Assembly: GCF_006345805.1 (NCBI RefSeq)
Contig: NC_043000.1
Location: 68,758,001-68,822,000, forward strand
Source of the DNA: Octopus sinensis
Taxonomy: Eukaryota
Direction: 5' to 3'
DNA length: 64,000 bases
The translations under genes and the position numbers were made by a program. The notes beneath the pieces were generated by a model, which was not told where the DNA came from, made no database searches, and saw nothing but the letters and a program-made list of their open reading frames with translations. Below, one piece after another: positions 1 to 11,984 of the stretch; positions within the stretch are counted from its first letter, which is position 1; each line of letters starts with the position of its first letter.

Positions 1-769
1 ATGCAAAAGTTAAAGTCTGCAGTTGAGCAATTCAAAGTAATTTTTGAAATGCAATAAACAATATCACACTTATGTTCTAGGCTAATTCACCTATGAAATA
101 ATGATTTACCACTTATACATAAAAATTATTAAATGCACACATGCTCATACAGATGCCAAGCCTCATCTTTCTTTCTTGGTTCGGCCGTCGTCCGTGCGAA
201 AGATACCTGTTGTTATGTCTTGTTATTTGTATTTGTGTAACATTCTCCGTTAGCTTAGTTTTTCCTTGGGGCTGGCCAGATTGAAGCAATCTCAAATATA
301 ACCAGCCGAAATTGCAAAGATAATCTGGAACTCGACTGAGGAAAGAAAAGCCGAGACGAAAGAAAAAATATTCTGAACGCGAGGACGACGAGCTTATGAA
401 GGAGACAGTATAAGCACGTCCTTTCTTTTCGAAGATTGTGGGCAAAAAGACAGATTATCTTTCGTCTTTCATTTTTACTGTTTTGCTCTTACTGTTTTTT
501 TTTATTATTGTTTTGTTCTCATCGTCCTGTTCATGTTACCAATTTAACCCTCTGCAAAATATCCCAAATATTATTTTGTTTGCTTTGCGGGAAGGACTGT
601 TTCAACGAAATCGCGTATTGTCCCTGCCTTCATAACGTGGGGTAGATGAAACAGGGACAACTGAAGAAGGGGAATATTCTATATAGTGTATGTCTCGTTT
701 CTAAGTTTGTTTCTATGTTTTTGTTTTTATGCTTTCGTTTCTCATTGTGTTCAAAGTTTTTTTTTATGT

Positions 770-1165
770 CCTGTACCCATAAATGCATGTGTATATATAC
801 ATATATATGTAGGTATGTACATGTATGTATGTATATATGCATATATCTATATATTATTTATATTATTATATGATCGAACGCCACGCATGCTTTTCCATGT
901 AAGTTTTATACACACACAAACACACACACACACACACACGCACACGCACACACACATATATATATATATATATGTATATATCATATATATATATTATATA
1001 TATATATTATGTATATATATATGTATATATATTTGTATATATGTTATGTATATATAGGTGTGTGTCTGTATATATATATATATATATATGTATATATCTA
1101 TCTATCTATATATATATATGTATATATATATGTATATGTATATATATGTATATATGTATGTTATA

Positions 1166-1228
<63 letters not shown>

Positions 1229-1230
1229 AT
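770..1230. repeat. (CA)n and imperfect (TA)n/(TATG)n microsatellite tract
   Basis: Direct inspection; explains the spurious YI-rich ORFs. Confidence 0.95.
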
Positions 1231-1231
1231 A

Positions 1232-1600
1232 GATAAATAAATAAATTGAGTTAAATGCAGGTGTTATTCAAGTTCTCTTACTTCGGACATATGTTTCGAT
1301 GACAACGTTTGTATTTTTCCAGAAGGAATAAAATGGTGTAAATCAAGGCAATCTTCACATCAGGGGAAGAAAGAAACTAAATACATCAATAAGACATTTT
1401 AACAGAATGTGATGACAACGTATATGATGAAGTGAACACTCTCAGTTTTTTCTTAAAGAAGCCGTTAGTAGATATAACGTCAAAGGTAGTTTATAGACAG
1501 GGAAGAAGGGAAAGAACGAAACTAGCAGAAAACAAATAGTGAAGAGATATAGAGCAATCGATGAATTAGAATAAAGCTTAAAGACATTGAAGTAGATATA
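1232..1600 (-). mobile_element. Probable Penelope-like terminal (pLTR) remnant with degenerate hammerhead motif
   Basis: Minus strand reads cttccc-CTGATG(t)...tcatc-GAAAC-atat-GTC; abuts (TA)n like the other PLE ends here. Confidence 0.35.
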
Positions 1601-1982
1601 TTTATTCTATCGGTCTCTTTTGCCGAACCGCTAAGTTACGGGAACGTAAACACACCAGCATCGGTTGTCATGCAGTGTTGGGAGAACAAACACAGACACA
1701 CAAACACATACACACACACATACATACATACATACATACATACATACATACATACATACATACATACATACACACTACAATATAATATATATATATATAT
1801 ATCTATTATATATATTACATACATATATACGACAGGTTTCTTTCAGTTTCCGTCTACCAAATCCACTCACAAGGCTTTGGTCGGCCTGAGGCTATAGTAG
1901 AAGACACTTGCCCAAGGTGGACTGAACCTGCAACCATGTGGATCGTAAGCAAGCTATTTACCACACGGCCACTGCTACGCCT
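1600..1982 (-). mobile_element. tRNA-derived octopus-type SINE (family A) with internal (CATA)n/(TA)n tract
   Basis: Reverse complement matches the head aggcg..gtggc.gtgtggtaa and the body gacggaaactgaaagaa...gcggttcggcaaaagagaccgatagaataa seen in copies at 39351 and 49347. Confidence 0.85.
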
Positions 1983-1998
1983 ATATGTTATACATACA

Positions 1999-3232
1999 CA
2001 GGGTGTTCCAAAAAATGTATACACACTTTAGCAGCTGATAACTCAATTGATATTTTTTCTTTCCAGATGAAACCTATAGGATTTAATGATGGCAGTCAGA
2101 TTAAGCTTTGAACAAAGAAAATTCATTCTAAAATGATACTGGAAGTGTGAAAATGCAGTTGAAGTGCAAAAACAGTTCGGGAGGGAGTTTCAAACAGATC
2201 CACCAATGCAACTCCCTATCAATTGAATTAGAGATAAGTTTGAAGCTGATGGAACTGTTCAGAATGTCCACGATAAGCATTCCAGAAGACCCCAAACATC
2301 AACAACCCCAACAAAGCAAGGAGTACTGGAAATGAATCACCAAAGTCCAAGAAAATCTGTGCGGCAAAGCGAGTCATGAGGTAGGTATTCCAAAATCATC
2401 TGTCCAATGCATTTTGAAGCATTGTAAATGGAAAAGTTACATTCCAAGATTAGTCCATGCTATTAATGATGATGATCCAGACGAAGAGTGCAGCATTGCG
2501 AGTGGTACTTGGACGATGTGTAGAAGCTGCACACTTTCCAACAAAGATGTGTGGAGTGATGAAGCCACATTCAATTAAATGGTTCAATTAACTGCCACAA
2601 TTTCACCTACTGGGGTCTGAGAATCTGCATGTTATGGTAAACACCATGTTAATTTGATATTTGTGTGCTGTGGTTTATCATCAAGAGGATTAATTGGACC
2701 ATTCTTTTGTTATGCTACTGTGACTGGTCCCGTTACTTGAACTTGTTGCAAACAGTCGGTTTTATGCCAAGCATTAGAGAAGACTTTGAAGATGAGGAGT
2801 TTTATTTTCAGCAAGATGGGGCACCCCCACACTACCATTGCTATGTTAGATCCTTCCTTGATGAGATCTTGCTAAACAGGTGGATTGGATGAAGAGGCAT
2901 GGTTGAATTCACCAGACCTCACATCACTAGACTTTTTATGGGGATACCTTAAAGACAAATTCTACGCTATGAAACCTACAAGTCGCTGATTTGAGAGCAG
3001 CCATTGGACGAGAGTGCACACAAATACCAAACAAATTCTTTTGTGATATTTGTGATTCAATTCTTTGCGTTGTCAGCAGTGCCCGGACCAGACCGGACAT
3101 CAGTTTGAAAACAGGCATTGACAAAAACAATAAAATAATGTCTGTAGATTCTATTAAATTTGAAAATGAAGTGTCTTTAATAAACAACTACTTTACAATT
3201 GTTTAAAGTGTGCATACATTTTTTGGGACACC

Positions 3233-3235
<3 letters not shown>
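1999..3235 (+). mobile_element. Tc1/mariner-superfamily DNA transposon, probably rosa/DD41D group, transposase pseudogenised
   Basis: TIRs cagggtgttccaaaaaatgtatacacacttta / taaagtgtgcatacattttttgggacaccctg followed by TA. Broken ORF from 2089 (MAVRLSFEQRKFILK) with WSDEATF, QQDGAPPH and PDLTSLDF motifs. Confidence 0.9.
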
Positions 3236-3272
<37 letters not shown>

Positions 3273-3273
<1 letters not shown>

Positions 3274-5801
3274 TCAATAAATGGTGGGGTTGTGTTGACC
3301 GCACGTGGAGAAATGAGAAAGATAAGTAGGAAAAATTTTTTTTAAAAATGCAGAATGCTCAAATGAAAGAAATTTTAATAAAATGAGAAAATGAGAAAAT
3401 AATATAAAAAACAAATACATCACCGAAGCCTGCAAACTCTCCATGACATCCACATCAACATCAAAGCACCGGAGGACCTAAAACTAAGGCCCATCGTGGC
3501 TGGTACCCTGTGAAACACACCGCCTGAGTAACTTCCTAGACATCCTTTTGAAACCTTCCTTACCCACATCAAAAGTTTCATTAGGGATGATCGGACATGG
3601 TCAAACACCTCCCGAAAACAGTTAACGAGGAGGCACTCCTGGATATCTTTGAGTCATCAACCTCTACACCAACATTCCACATGAGTATGGTATAGAGGCA
3701 ATTGACTTCTGGCTAGAAAAAACACCCAGAGACATTCCTGACCGCATTAACAAGTCTTTTATTACAGAATCTCTAAGTTCATTCTGACAAACAATTTTTT
3801 CTCTTCGACGAACAACACTACCGTCAAAATGTGGCATTGCGATGGGTACCAAGGCTGGCACCAGTCCTTGCGAACCTCATAATGGGTTACTTCGAACTGT
3901 CACTCTATGAAATATCAAGCCAGAAATTTGGACATGTTTTCCACACCTACCTAATGGAAAACTGGAAAAGGTATTTAGATGATTGTTTCATCATATAGAA
4001 AGAACCTTATGAAAAAACTCCTGGAATTCAAAACCATACTAAACAACATACATCCCAACATCCAATTCACTATGGAATTAAGCAAAAATCATCTCCCATT
4101 CCTTGATCTCCTAATTATAAAAACACCTAAGAACCAAATCATAACAGACATCTACCACAAAACCTACAGACTCACAACAATACCTCCTCTTTAGTTCATG
4201 CCACCCAAAACACACCAAGACAAATATCCCTTTCAATTTAGCTAAAAGGGTATGCACCATTGTCTCGGATCCAAAAACACGAGAAATACGCCTCAAGACC
4301 TCAAAAAAACACTATTACAACGTCAATATCCCTCCACCCTTATAGAGTATGGAATAAAACGCGCCAAAGAACTAGACAACACTACACTGAAAACCACCCA
4401 ACCTAACACCACACACAACCTCAAAATACTTCCATACATTTCCACCCACACCCCAAAAATATCGAAGCATACACCACAATCATACAAAACCTCAGTCTAC
4501 TGTCAACAGACCCAAAAATGAAAAACATTATAAATACACACAAAATCCTCAAATGCAAAAGGCAACACAAATCTTTAAAAAAAACTCTTGACAAATGCCA
4601 ACTTCACCACACCACACCACCCCCAACAGTAAAAAAATGTGCACGCTCAAACTGTGGTACCTGCCCTTTCTACTTGAAGGCTCTGAATTTACCTTCAAAA
4701 AGTACGAAGTTTAAAATCAAGACTAACTTCTCCTGTTCCTCCGAGAACCTTATCTACGTTCTCACATGCGCTGGTTGCCAACATAATTATGTTGGACAAA
4801 CGAGTCTCCCGTTGCGTAAACGAGTAACGGTGCATAAAGAACAAATAAATCTCCCGGATACCGACAAATTCCACTGAGTGACCACTTAGAATCATGTGCT
4901 AAAGACTTAAACCCCAAATTCTATATATTCCCCTTCTACCAATGTAAAGACGGGATCACCACACAGGAGAGAATTAACAAGGAGAATCTCTTTATTGAAA
5001 AATTCCAAACACAACTTAATATGCAAACTCCTCGTTGATCAAACTTCCTTTCTCTCCTCACTCTTCATGGATGGACTAACACAAATATATAAAGATACCA
5101 TGCATTCATCACTTCAAGCTAAAACTTATATTCTTTAAATATCATTTTTACTATTGTTGTTATTACTATCATTTTTATTATAAATGATATGACAATTTGA
5201 AATGCAATTGTCTATGCAGATTTATATTATTAGAAAATAATATAAATAAAGTGTTAAAATCTGAAAGTTAAGTTAACAAGCAATTATATAAAAAAAATAA
5301 TGCAAATGAAGCTAAAATGATAGTTTTATAATTTGGGTTTTATTGAAGAACTCAAAAGAGTTGTCTCCCCTTACTCACAACACAGGAACTGAAGAAAACC
5401 AGGACCACAATTACTACTACTTCCTGTCCTGCAAAACATGCTGGAATTTAACAACACAACACAACACATGCTCTTAATCCCTTTGGATCTTAACACCTCA
5501 AGGTAATTTTTTCGTAAACAACCATAAAACTCAAGATACACAACGAACTCACAATGTATCGGAGAATTTTTTTTAATTTTTGTACATTTTTATCATTATT
5601 CTTTTACAAAAAAACAATGCAATTTTCTTTTTTTTCCCCTTTCTAATTTTTAAAAAAACTTCTTAAAACATAAATATTCTTGACAAGTCATACAATGACG
5701 AAAACCGGTTGAATAAATATATATTTATATATTTTATCATTTTCTCATTTTATTAAAATTTTCTTTCATTTGAGCATTCTGCATTAAAAAAAATTTTTCC
5801 T

Positions 5802-5803
<2 letters not shown>
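3273..5803 (+). mobile_element. Penelope-like retroelement (Neptune-type), 5'-truncated, with inverted 5' pLTR; RT + GIY-YIG pseudogene
   Basis: Frameshifted RT (LRPIVAG, GIAMGT, RYLDD, LPFLD), CxxxxCxxC linker, GIY-YIG (NLIYVLTCAGCQHNYVGQT). 3273-3420 is an inverted copy of the 5730-5803 terminus. Confidence 0.92.
5675..5715 (+). ncRNA. Minimal type I hammerhead ribozyme motif (U3-A8 core variant) in Penelope pLTR
   Basis: tattc-TTGACAA-gtca-tacaa-tgac-GAAA-accggtt-gaata; stems I and II pair; second copy at 41250-41291. Confidence 0.7.
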
Positions 5804-5835
<32 letters not shown>

Positions 5836-5930
5836 CGGGAAGGTTTACGAAAATAAACAAAAGACGAAGGCAGGTGGAGTACAAACAAACAATTGTATTA
5901 GTATGGCGCTCAGGAATAGAAATAAATCAA

Positions 5931-5970
5931 GTCTTTTACGTTTCGAGCCTACGCTCTTCGACAGAAAGAT
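5931..5970 (-). ncRNA. Hammerhead-like ribozyme motif with atypical core (CUGUCGAA)
   Basis: Minus strand: tcttt-CTGTCGAA-gagc-gtag-gctc-GAA-acgt-a-aaaga; stems I and II pair; palindromic stem III. Confidence 0.55.
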
Positions 5971-6364
5971 ACACAGAAAAGAAACAAGGAGAGAGAAAAA
6001 ATGCGTGCAGGAGCTAACGATTGAACATGACGTTCTGATTTCAGCCAGAAGTCAGAGATCATAATGTCGTATGGTGTAGTGTAGTATAGTGTAACGTCGA
6101 GGAGATAAGGGGAGGGGAGAGAGGATATCATGGGGAGAGGGGAGGAGGGGAGGGAGAGGAGAAGGATAGGAGAGAAGAGGAGGGTATAGGAAGAGGGGGA
6201 TGGGAAAGGAGGGGAGAGGAGGAGGAGGGGAAGGAGATGGGGAGGAGGAGAGAAGGGGAGTGAGGGAGCAGAGAGAAAGAGAGAAGGGGAAGAGGGAAGA
6301 GGAGGGAAAGAGAGTAGGGGTGAAAAGATGAAGGACTGAAGAGAAGTAGGAGTCGGGGGGGAGG

Positions 6365-7735
6365 TTAGATGAAAAGTGGGGGAGAGTTGAGACCAAATGG
6401 CTTAAAAGAGCGAAGAGAGAAGATTAATCCCTGTTCACGGCACAAGCGGGAATCCGGATGACCTCTGTGCAAGGACAATCCGAACACAGACAGGCGTTGC
6501 AAGGTGTGACAGGTGGAGCGGTATTGGCGTGAGACCGGTGTGTCATTGGCAAGGCGGATGTCACGGAGGTGTTCCGCGAACCGGTCAGCCAAGCGGCGTC
6601 CCGTTTGTCCGATGTACAGGGAATGGCAGAGAGAGCAGGAGATGCAATAGATGATATTGCTGGAGGTGCAGGTGAAGGAGTTGATGATGCGATAGGGTCG
6701 ATGATGGGTGCCAGTGAGGAGGGTGGTGTTGGAGAGGTAAGGGCAAGTGCGGCAACGTGAGCGGGAGCAGGGGAATGAGCCAGGTTGAGAGGCAGGGTCA
6801 GGGAAGAAGCTGTGGACCAAGAGGTCTCGTAGGTTATGGGCTCGTTTGAAGGAGGGGAGGGGTCGGTTAGGGAAGAGGTGTGATTTGGACGGGTCGGACT
6901 GGAGATGCCGGAAAGCTCGAAGAATGGTGCGTTGGAGAGGTAGGGTGGTGGGGTGGTAAGTGAGGGGAAAAGGGAGGCGGGAGACTGCAGGGCGGGTTCG
7001 GGGGGAGAGAGCAGATGCACGGTCTACGGAACGTGCTCTGGCAAGGGTGGTGTGGATAGTGGTGAGGAGGTATCCACGTAGGATGAAGTGGCGAGCCATG
7101 AGTTGAGACTGAGTCTCAAAGTCATGGTCGTCACTACAGAGCCTACGTAGACGGAGGAATTGGGAATAGGGGATGGAAAGCTTGGTGTGTTTGGGGTGGG
7201 AGGAAGAGAAGTTTAGGTATGAGTGTGAGTCTGTGTGTTTGTAGTAAATGGAGGTGGTAAGAGTGGAGTGATGAATGCTGACCGAAATGTCGAGGAAGGA
7301 GACAGAAGTGTTGGAGATAGTGGAGGTGAAGTGGAGGGTAGGATGGAAGGATTGAACGAAAGAGAGGAAGGAATCTAGATGTTCACGGGAGAGTGAGGTG
7401 GCACCGATAATGTCGTCAATGTAACGACCGTATAGTTCGGGAGTGGGACCAGTGAAACAAGAGAATATTTGGGCCTCACCATAGCCAACGAACAGGTTCG
7501 CATAGTTGGGGCCCATTCGCGTTCCCATGGCCACTCCCGAGAACTGTTGGTAGAACTCGCTCGCGACGGCCAGACGAATGAGTGTGGAGGTGTCGGGTTC
7601 GGGGTTGGGGCGGAGGTCGAGAAAGTGTTGAAGTGCCCGCAGTCCTTCGTGGTGAGGGATGACGGTATAGAGGTTCTGGATGTCCATTGTAAAAAGTATT
7701 TTGGAGGAGCCGGGAGGAAAGGAGAAAGAGTTATG
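6365..7735 (-). CDS. 5'-truncated Penelope RT (C-terminal part) + Cys linker + GIY-YIG endonuclease reading frame
   Basis: LFTMDIQNLYT, SGVAMGTRMGPNYANLF, YGRYIDD, VSFLD, CSRSRCRTC, NIIYCISC..LYIGQT; lacks RT N-terminus and has a short in-frame deletion after LIRLA. Confidence 0.85.
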   Translation of the reverse strand, partial: HNSFSFPPGSSKILFTMDIQNLYTVIPHHEGLRALQHFLDLRPNPEPDTSTLIRLAVASEFYQQFSGVAMGTRMGPNYANLFVGYGEAQIFSCFTGPTPELYGRYIDDIIGATSLSREHLDSFLSFVQSFHPTLHFTSTISNTSVSFLDISVSIHHSTLTTSIYYKHTDSHSYLNFSSSHPKHTKLSIPYSQFLRLRRLCSDDHDFETQSQLMARHFILRGYLLTTIHTTLARARSVDRASALSPRTRPAVSRLPFPLTYHPTTLPLQRTILRAFRHLQSDPSKSHLFPNRPLPSFKRAHNLRDLLVHSFFPDPASQPGSFPCSRSRCRTCPYLSNTTLLTGTHHRPYRIINSFTCTSSNIIYCISCSLCHSLYIGQTGRRLADRFAEHLRDIRLANDTPVSRQYRSTCHTLQRLSVFGLSLHRGHPDSRLCREQGLIFSLRSFKPFGLNSPPLFI

Positions 7736-7736
7736 C

Positions 7737-7767
7737 ATATATATGTATATATATATATATATATAAT

Positions 7768-7811
<44 letters not shown>

Positions 7812-7888
7812 ATCATATATATAAGATATATATATAGTATATATTATATACATATAGATATATATATATATAATATATATATATATAT

Positions 7889-7952
<64 letters not shown>
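7737..7952. repeat. (TA)n microsatellite
   Basis: Direct inspection. Confidence 0.95.
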
Positions 7953-7955
<3 letters not shown>

Positions 7956-8062
7956 CGGGAAGCTTTATGAAAATAAACAAAAGACGAAGGCAGGTGGAAA
8001 ACAAACGAACAATTGTATTAGTATGGCGCTCAGGAAATATAAATAAAACAAGTCTTTAATTG

Positions 8063-8104
<42 letters not shown>

Positions 8105-8139
8105 ACATACATATACTATATTATATATATATATTATAG

Positions 8140-9444
8140 TCATCTGCTACAAAGGTAGCGGAAACTGGAGATTGACGACTGGTTAATAAGGGCTGTACAG
8201 GCCCTTTACAGAGAGGCTGTTAGTAAGGTAAGTATTGACAATGAGTATAGTGAAGAATTCCGGGTAGAAGCTGGCGTCCACCAAGGCTCAGCCCTCAGTC
8301 CCCTTCTATTCATCATAGTCCTCCAGGTAATAACAGAGGAATTCAAGACGGGTTGCCCTGGGAGGTCCTCTATGCTGATGACCTAGCCCTCGTAGTAGAA
8401 TCACTACCGGAACTAGAGAAGAAATTTCGTATGTGGAAGCTAAGTTAGAATCAAAAGGCCTTAGTGTCAATGTAGCAAAGACCAAAGTTCTAGTAACTAG
8501 GAAGGCAAACTCACCACACACCCCTTTAGGTAGGTGGCCCTGCTCGATCTTTAGAAAAGGTGTAGGTAGAAACTCCATAAGATGTACCCAGTGTAAGCTA
8601 TGGACACATAAGAGGTGCAGCAACATCAAAGAAAAATTAACCGAGAAGATAGCTTTCGTGTGCGACAGATGCACAGGGGCAATAGACACTATTGATACTC
8701 AAACAAAAGATTCCATTACACTCCTGGGGAAGAAACTAGAAGTAGTTGATAGTTTCTGCTACCTAGGTGAGCAAGTTAGTAGTGGGGATGGATGCTCAGA
8801 GAGTGTTACCATTAGAATAAGAATAGCCTGGGCAAGGTTTAGGAAGCTTTTTCCCCTACTGGCGACAAAGGGTCTCTCGCTCAGAGTGAAAGGTAGATTG
8901 TACGACGCATGTGTGCGAACTGCCATGCTTCACGGCAGTGAAACATGGGCCGCGACTGCGGAGGACATGCGTAGGCTCGAAAGAAATGAAGCTAGCATGA
9001 TCTGCTGGATGTGTAATGTCAGTGTCCATGCACGACAGTGTTAGCGCCCTGAGAGAAATGTTGGGCATAAGAAGCATTCGGATGCAGCGTGCAGGAGAGA
9101 CGTTTGCGTTGGTATGGACATGTGCTACGGATGGATGAGGAGAGATGTTTTTTAAGAAGTGCCACTCCCAAACTGTTGAAGGAATCCGGGGTAGAGGTAG
9201 ACCCAGTAAGACATAGGACGAGGTGGTCAAGCATGACCTTCGTACCTTCAGCCTCACAGAGGCTATGACGAAAGACAGACCTCTGGAGATATGTTGTGAC
9301 TTCGAAGACCTGACAATGAAGTGAGTTCATGGCTTGCAGGACGGCCTGCTGTGCTTGAGGAGACCTATTGTGTCAAGTCCATCAACATCAAAATAAAATT
9401 CGTATGGATATTGTAGTTGTGATACCCGTGCTGGTGGCACGTAG
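8140..9444 (+). mobile_element. RTE-clade LINE, 5'-truncated, degenerate RT C-terminus and start of 3' UTR
   Basis: GVHQGSALSPLLF, LYADDL, GLSVNVAKTKVL, YLG, LHGSETW, GRGRP motifs, with a Cys-rich (PHD-like) insert. Confidence 0.9.
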
Positions 9445-9445
9445 C

Positions 9446-9965
9446 GCCTCACAGAGGAAATGACGAAGACCGAGACTTCTGAGATATGCTGTGACTATGA
9501 AGACCCGACAAATGAAGTGAGTTCAAGGCTCGCAGGACGGCCTGCTGTACTAACCTTGGATCGTAGAGTGACACGCTGTGGAGACCTATTGAGTCAAGTA
9601 CGTCAACACCAACATCAAAATGAAAATCAAATGGAAATTGTAAAGATACCCGTGCGGGTGACACGTAAAAAGCACCATCCGAACGTGACAGGTGCCAGCG
9701 CCGCCTGACTGGCGTCCGTGTCGGTGACACGTAAAAGCACCAACCGATCGTGGCAGTTTGCCAGCCTCCTCTGGCCCCTGTGCCAGTGGCACGTAAAAAG
9801 CACCCACTACACTCACGGAGTGGTTGGCGTTAGGAAGGGCATCCTGCTGTAGAAACACTGCTAGATCAGACTGGAGCCTGGTGCAGCCTCCTGGCTTCCC
9901 AGACCCTGGCCGAACCGTCCAACCCATGCTAGCATGGAAAACGAACGTTAAACGATGATGATGAT
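9446..9965 (+). mobile_element. Second RTE 3' end (ORF tail + 3' UTR with ggcacgtaaaaagcacc repeats, (GAT)n tail)
   Basis: 9446-9665 is a diverged duplicate of 9251-9444; ends in aacgttaaacgatgatgatg. Confidence 0.85.
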
Positions 9966-9978
9966 ATATATGATATAC

Positions 9979-10045
<67 letters not shown>

Positions 10046-10115
10046 GCATCTATATATATTATATACATATATATATGTATATATATATGTATGTATATAT
10101 ATATATATGTATATA

Positions 10116-10206
<91 letters not shown>

Positions 10207-10250
10207 ATTATATATATTATATGTATTCTACATATATATATCATATATAT
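9965..10250. repeat. (TA)n microsatellite
   Basis: Direct inspection. Confidence 0.95.
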
Positions 10251-11975
10251 CGGCGACGATAGATTACATCGATATAAAGGAAGACGATGTAATAAAGGCT
10301 ATAGATGAAATGAAAACAGACTCAGCTACTGGCCCCGATGGATTCCCGGCAATCCTCCTAAAAGTATGTAAGAGAGTCCTAGCAAGACCACTGCAGTTCC
10401 TCTTTCAGAGCTTCCTTGCAGCTGGCAAACTTCCAAGAAAACTGAAGGAAGGTAAAATATGCCCTATTTATAAAGGAGGTAGCAGAGCGGAGGCCAAGAA
10501 CTACAGACCTATCTCTCTGACCTCACACATCAGCAAGGTCATGGAACGAATAGTCAGAAGGAAACTGATCACCTTCCTTGAAGAAAATGACTTGCTGCCT
10601 GACACCCAACATGGTTTCCGACCAGGAAGAAGCTGCTTAACTCAGCTCCTACAACACTATGACTGGGTGCTGAAACGACTGCTCAACCACTCAAATGTGG
10701 AAGTGATATATCTCGACTTTGCAAAGGCCTTTGATAAAGTCGATCATGGAATAATATGTCACAAACTGCGTGATTTTAGCATAGTTGGAAAACTGGGAGA
10801 ATGGCTACATGACTTTCTGAAAGATAGGAGTCAGGTGGTAGTAGCCAATGGGGCCACTTCCATTAACACGCAAATAGTGAGCGGTGTTCCGCAGAGCACT
10901 GTTTTGAGACCACTACTGTTCATAATGGCCCTCTCAGACATGCCCTCAGCCACGCAGAGAGCCACGATCACAAGTTATGCAGATGATACAAAAGTTTTAC
11001 AGGCAATACAGAACCCTGAGGACACTAAACGCCTGCAATGTGAGCTGGACAAAATATACAAGTGGGCTGAAAAGAATAGCATGCAGTTCAATGCTGAAAG
11101 TTTCAAGCTTTATGCTATCAGCATGCAAAACTAAATGCAATACCCAATGAATACATAGGACCCGGAGGAATTGCAATCCCAGAGGCACAATCAGTGCGTG
11201 ACCTGGGTATTTACATGAGTGATGACGCAACCTTTCGTGTACATGTTGCTAAATTGGCAATGAAATGTAGACGACTGGCCGGATGGATTCTCAGAACCTT
11301 TAGAACAAGAGAACAAGAAACCATGATGGTCCTCTGGAGGACACTCGTACTAAGCCACTTTGACTATTGCTCTCAGCTATGGTCACCATCAAGTGTCAAG
11401 TTGATCACAGAACTTGAGGCGATCCAACGTAGCTACACGAAGAAGATAGCCTCTGTGCAGAATATAAGCTACTGGGAAAGACTCAAGAGATTAAAACTCT
11501 ATTCCTTGGAGTGTAGGCGAGAAAGATATGCCATAATATATATCTGGAAGATCCTGGAAGGACTTGTCCCAAACTTTGGCATCGAGAGTTACACAAATGC
11601 CAGAACTGGGCGCCACTGCGTGGTGCCTAGGACTCCAAATTTGCCATCAAGATGTAGGACAAGATTCTGTGATAGCCTGGGCTTCCGAGGCCCACAGCTC
11701 TTCAATATCCTCCCGAAGAACCTAAGAGACCTGCATGGGGTGGATGCAGATGTCTTTAAAATGAAACTGGATCTCTTCTTGTCAGGTATCCCAGATGAAC
11801 CAACTTCACGGCAGGAGGTGCAGATGAGGGCAGCTGCATCGAACTCTCTCATGCACCAAATGGCAGTTGCTAAAAAGCATTCGTGAAGTAAAACCATGTA
11901 GTAACACCAAATGGCGGTGCCCCAGCATGGCCACAGCTCGTGAGCTGAAACTAGAATCAATCAATCAATCAATCA
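10251..11975 (+). mobile_element. CR1/L2-group LINE, 5'-truncated ORF2 (RT) with one frameshift and (ATCA)n tail
   Basis: ATGPDG, NYRPISLTS, QHGFRPGRSC, YLDFAKAFDKVDH, SGVPQ, YADD, RDLG, DYCSQLWSP; tail aatcaatcaatc at 11955-11975. Confidence 0.93.
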
Positions 11976-11984
11976 TATAACCAA

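Larger units (their letters stand above)
5834..8058 (-). mobile_element. Penelope-like retroelement (Neptune-type, second family) with directly repeated pLTR segment
   Basis: ORF 6365-7738 with RT and GIY-YIG; terminus 5834-5937 repeated in the same orientation at 7953-8057, separated from the body by (TA)n. Confidence 0.92.

Noticed and set aside
630-1240. YIYIYI/THTH-rich ORFs (also at 7.8, 10.0, 12.6-13.4 and 18.1 kb)
   Set aside because: Translations of (TA)n/(CA)n microsatellites.
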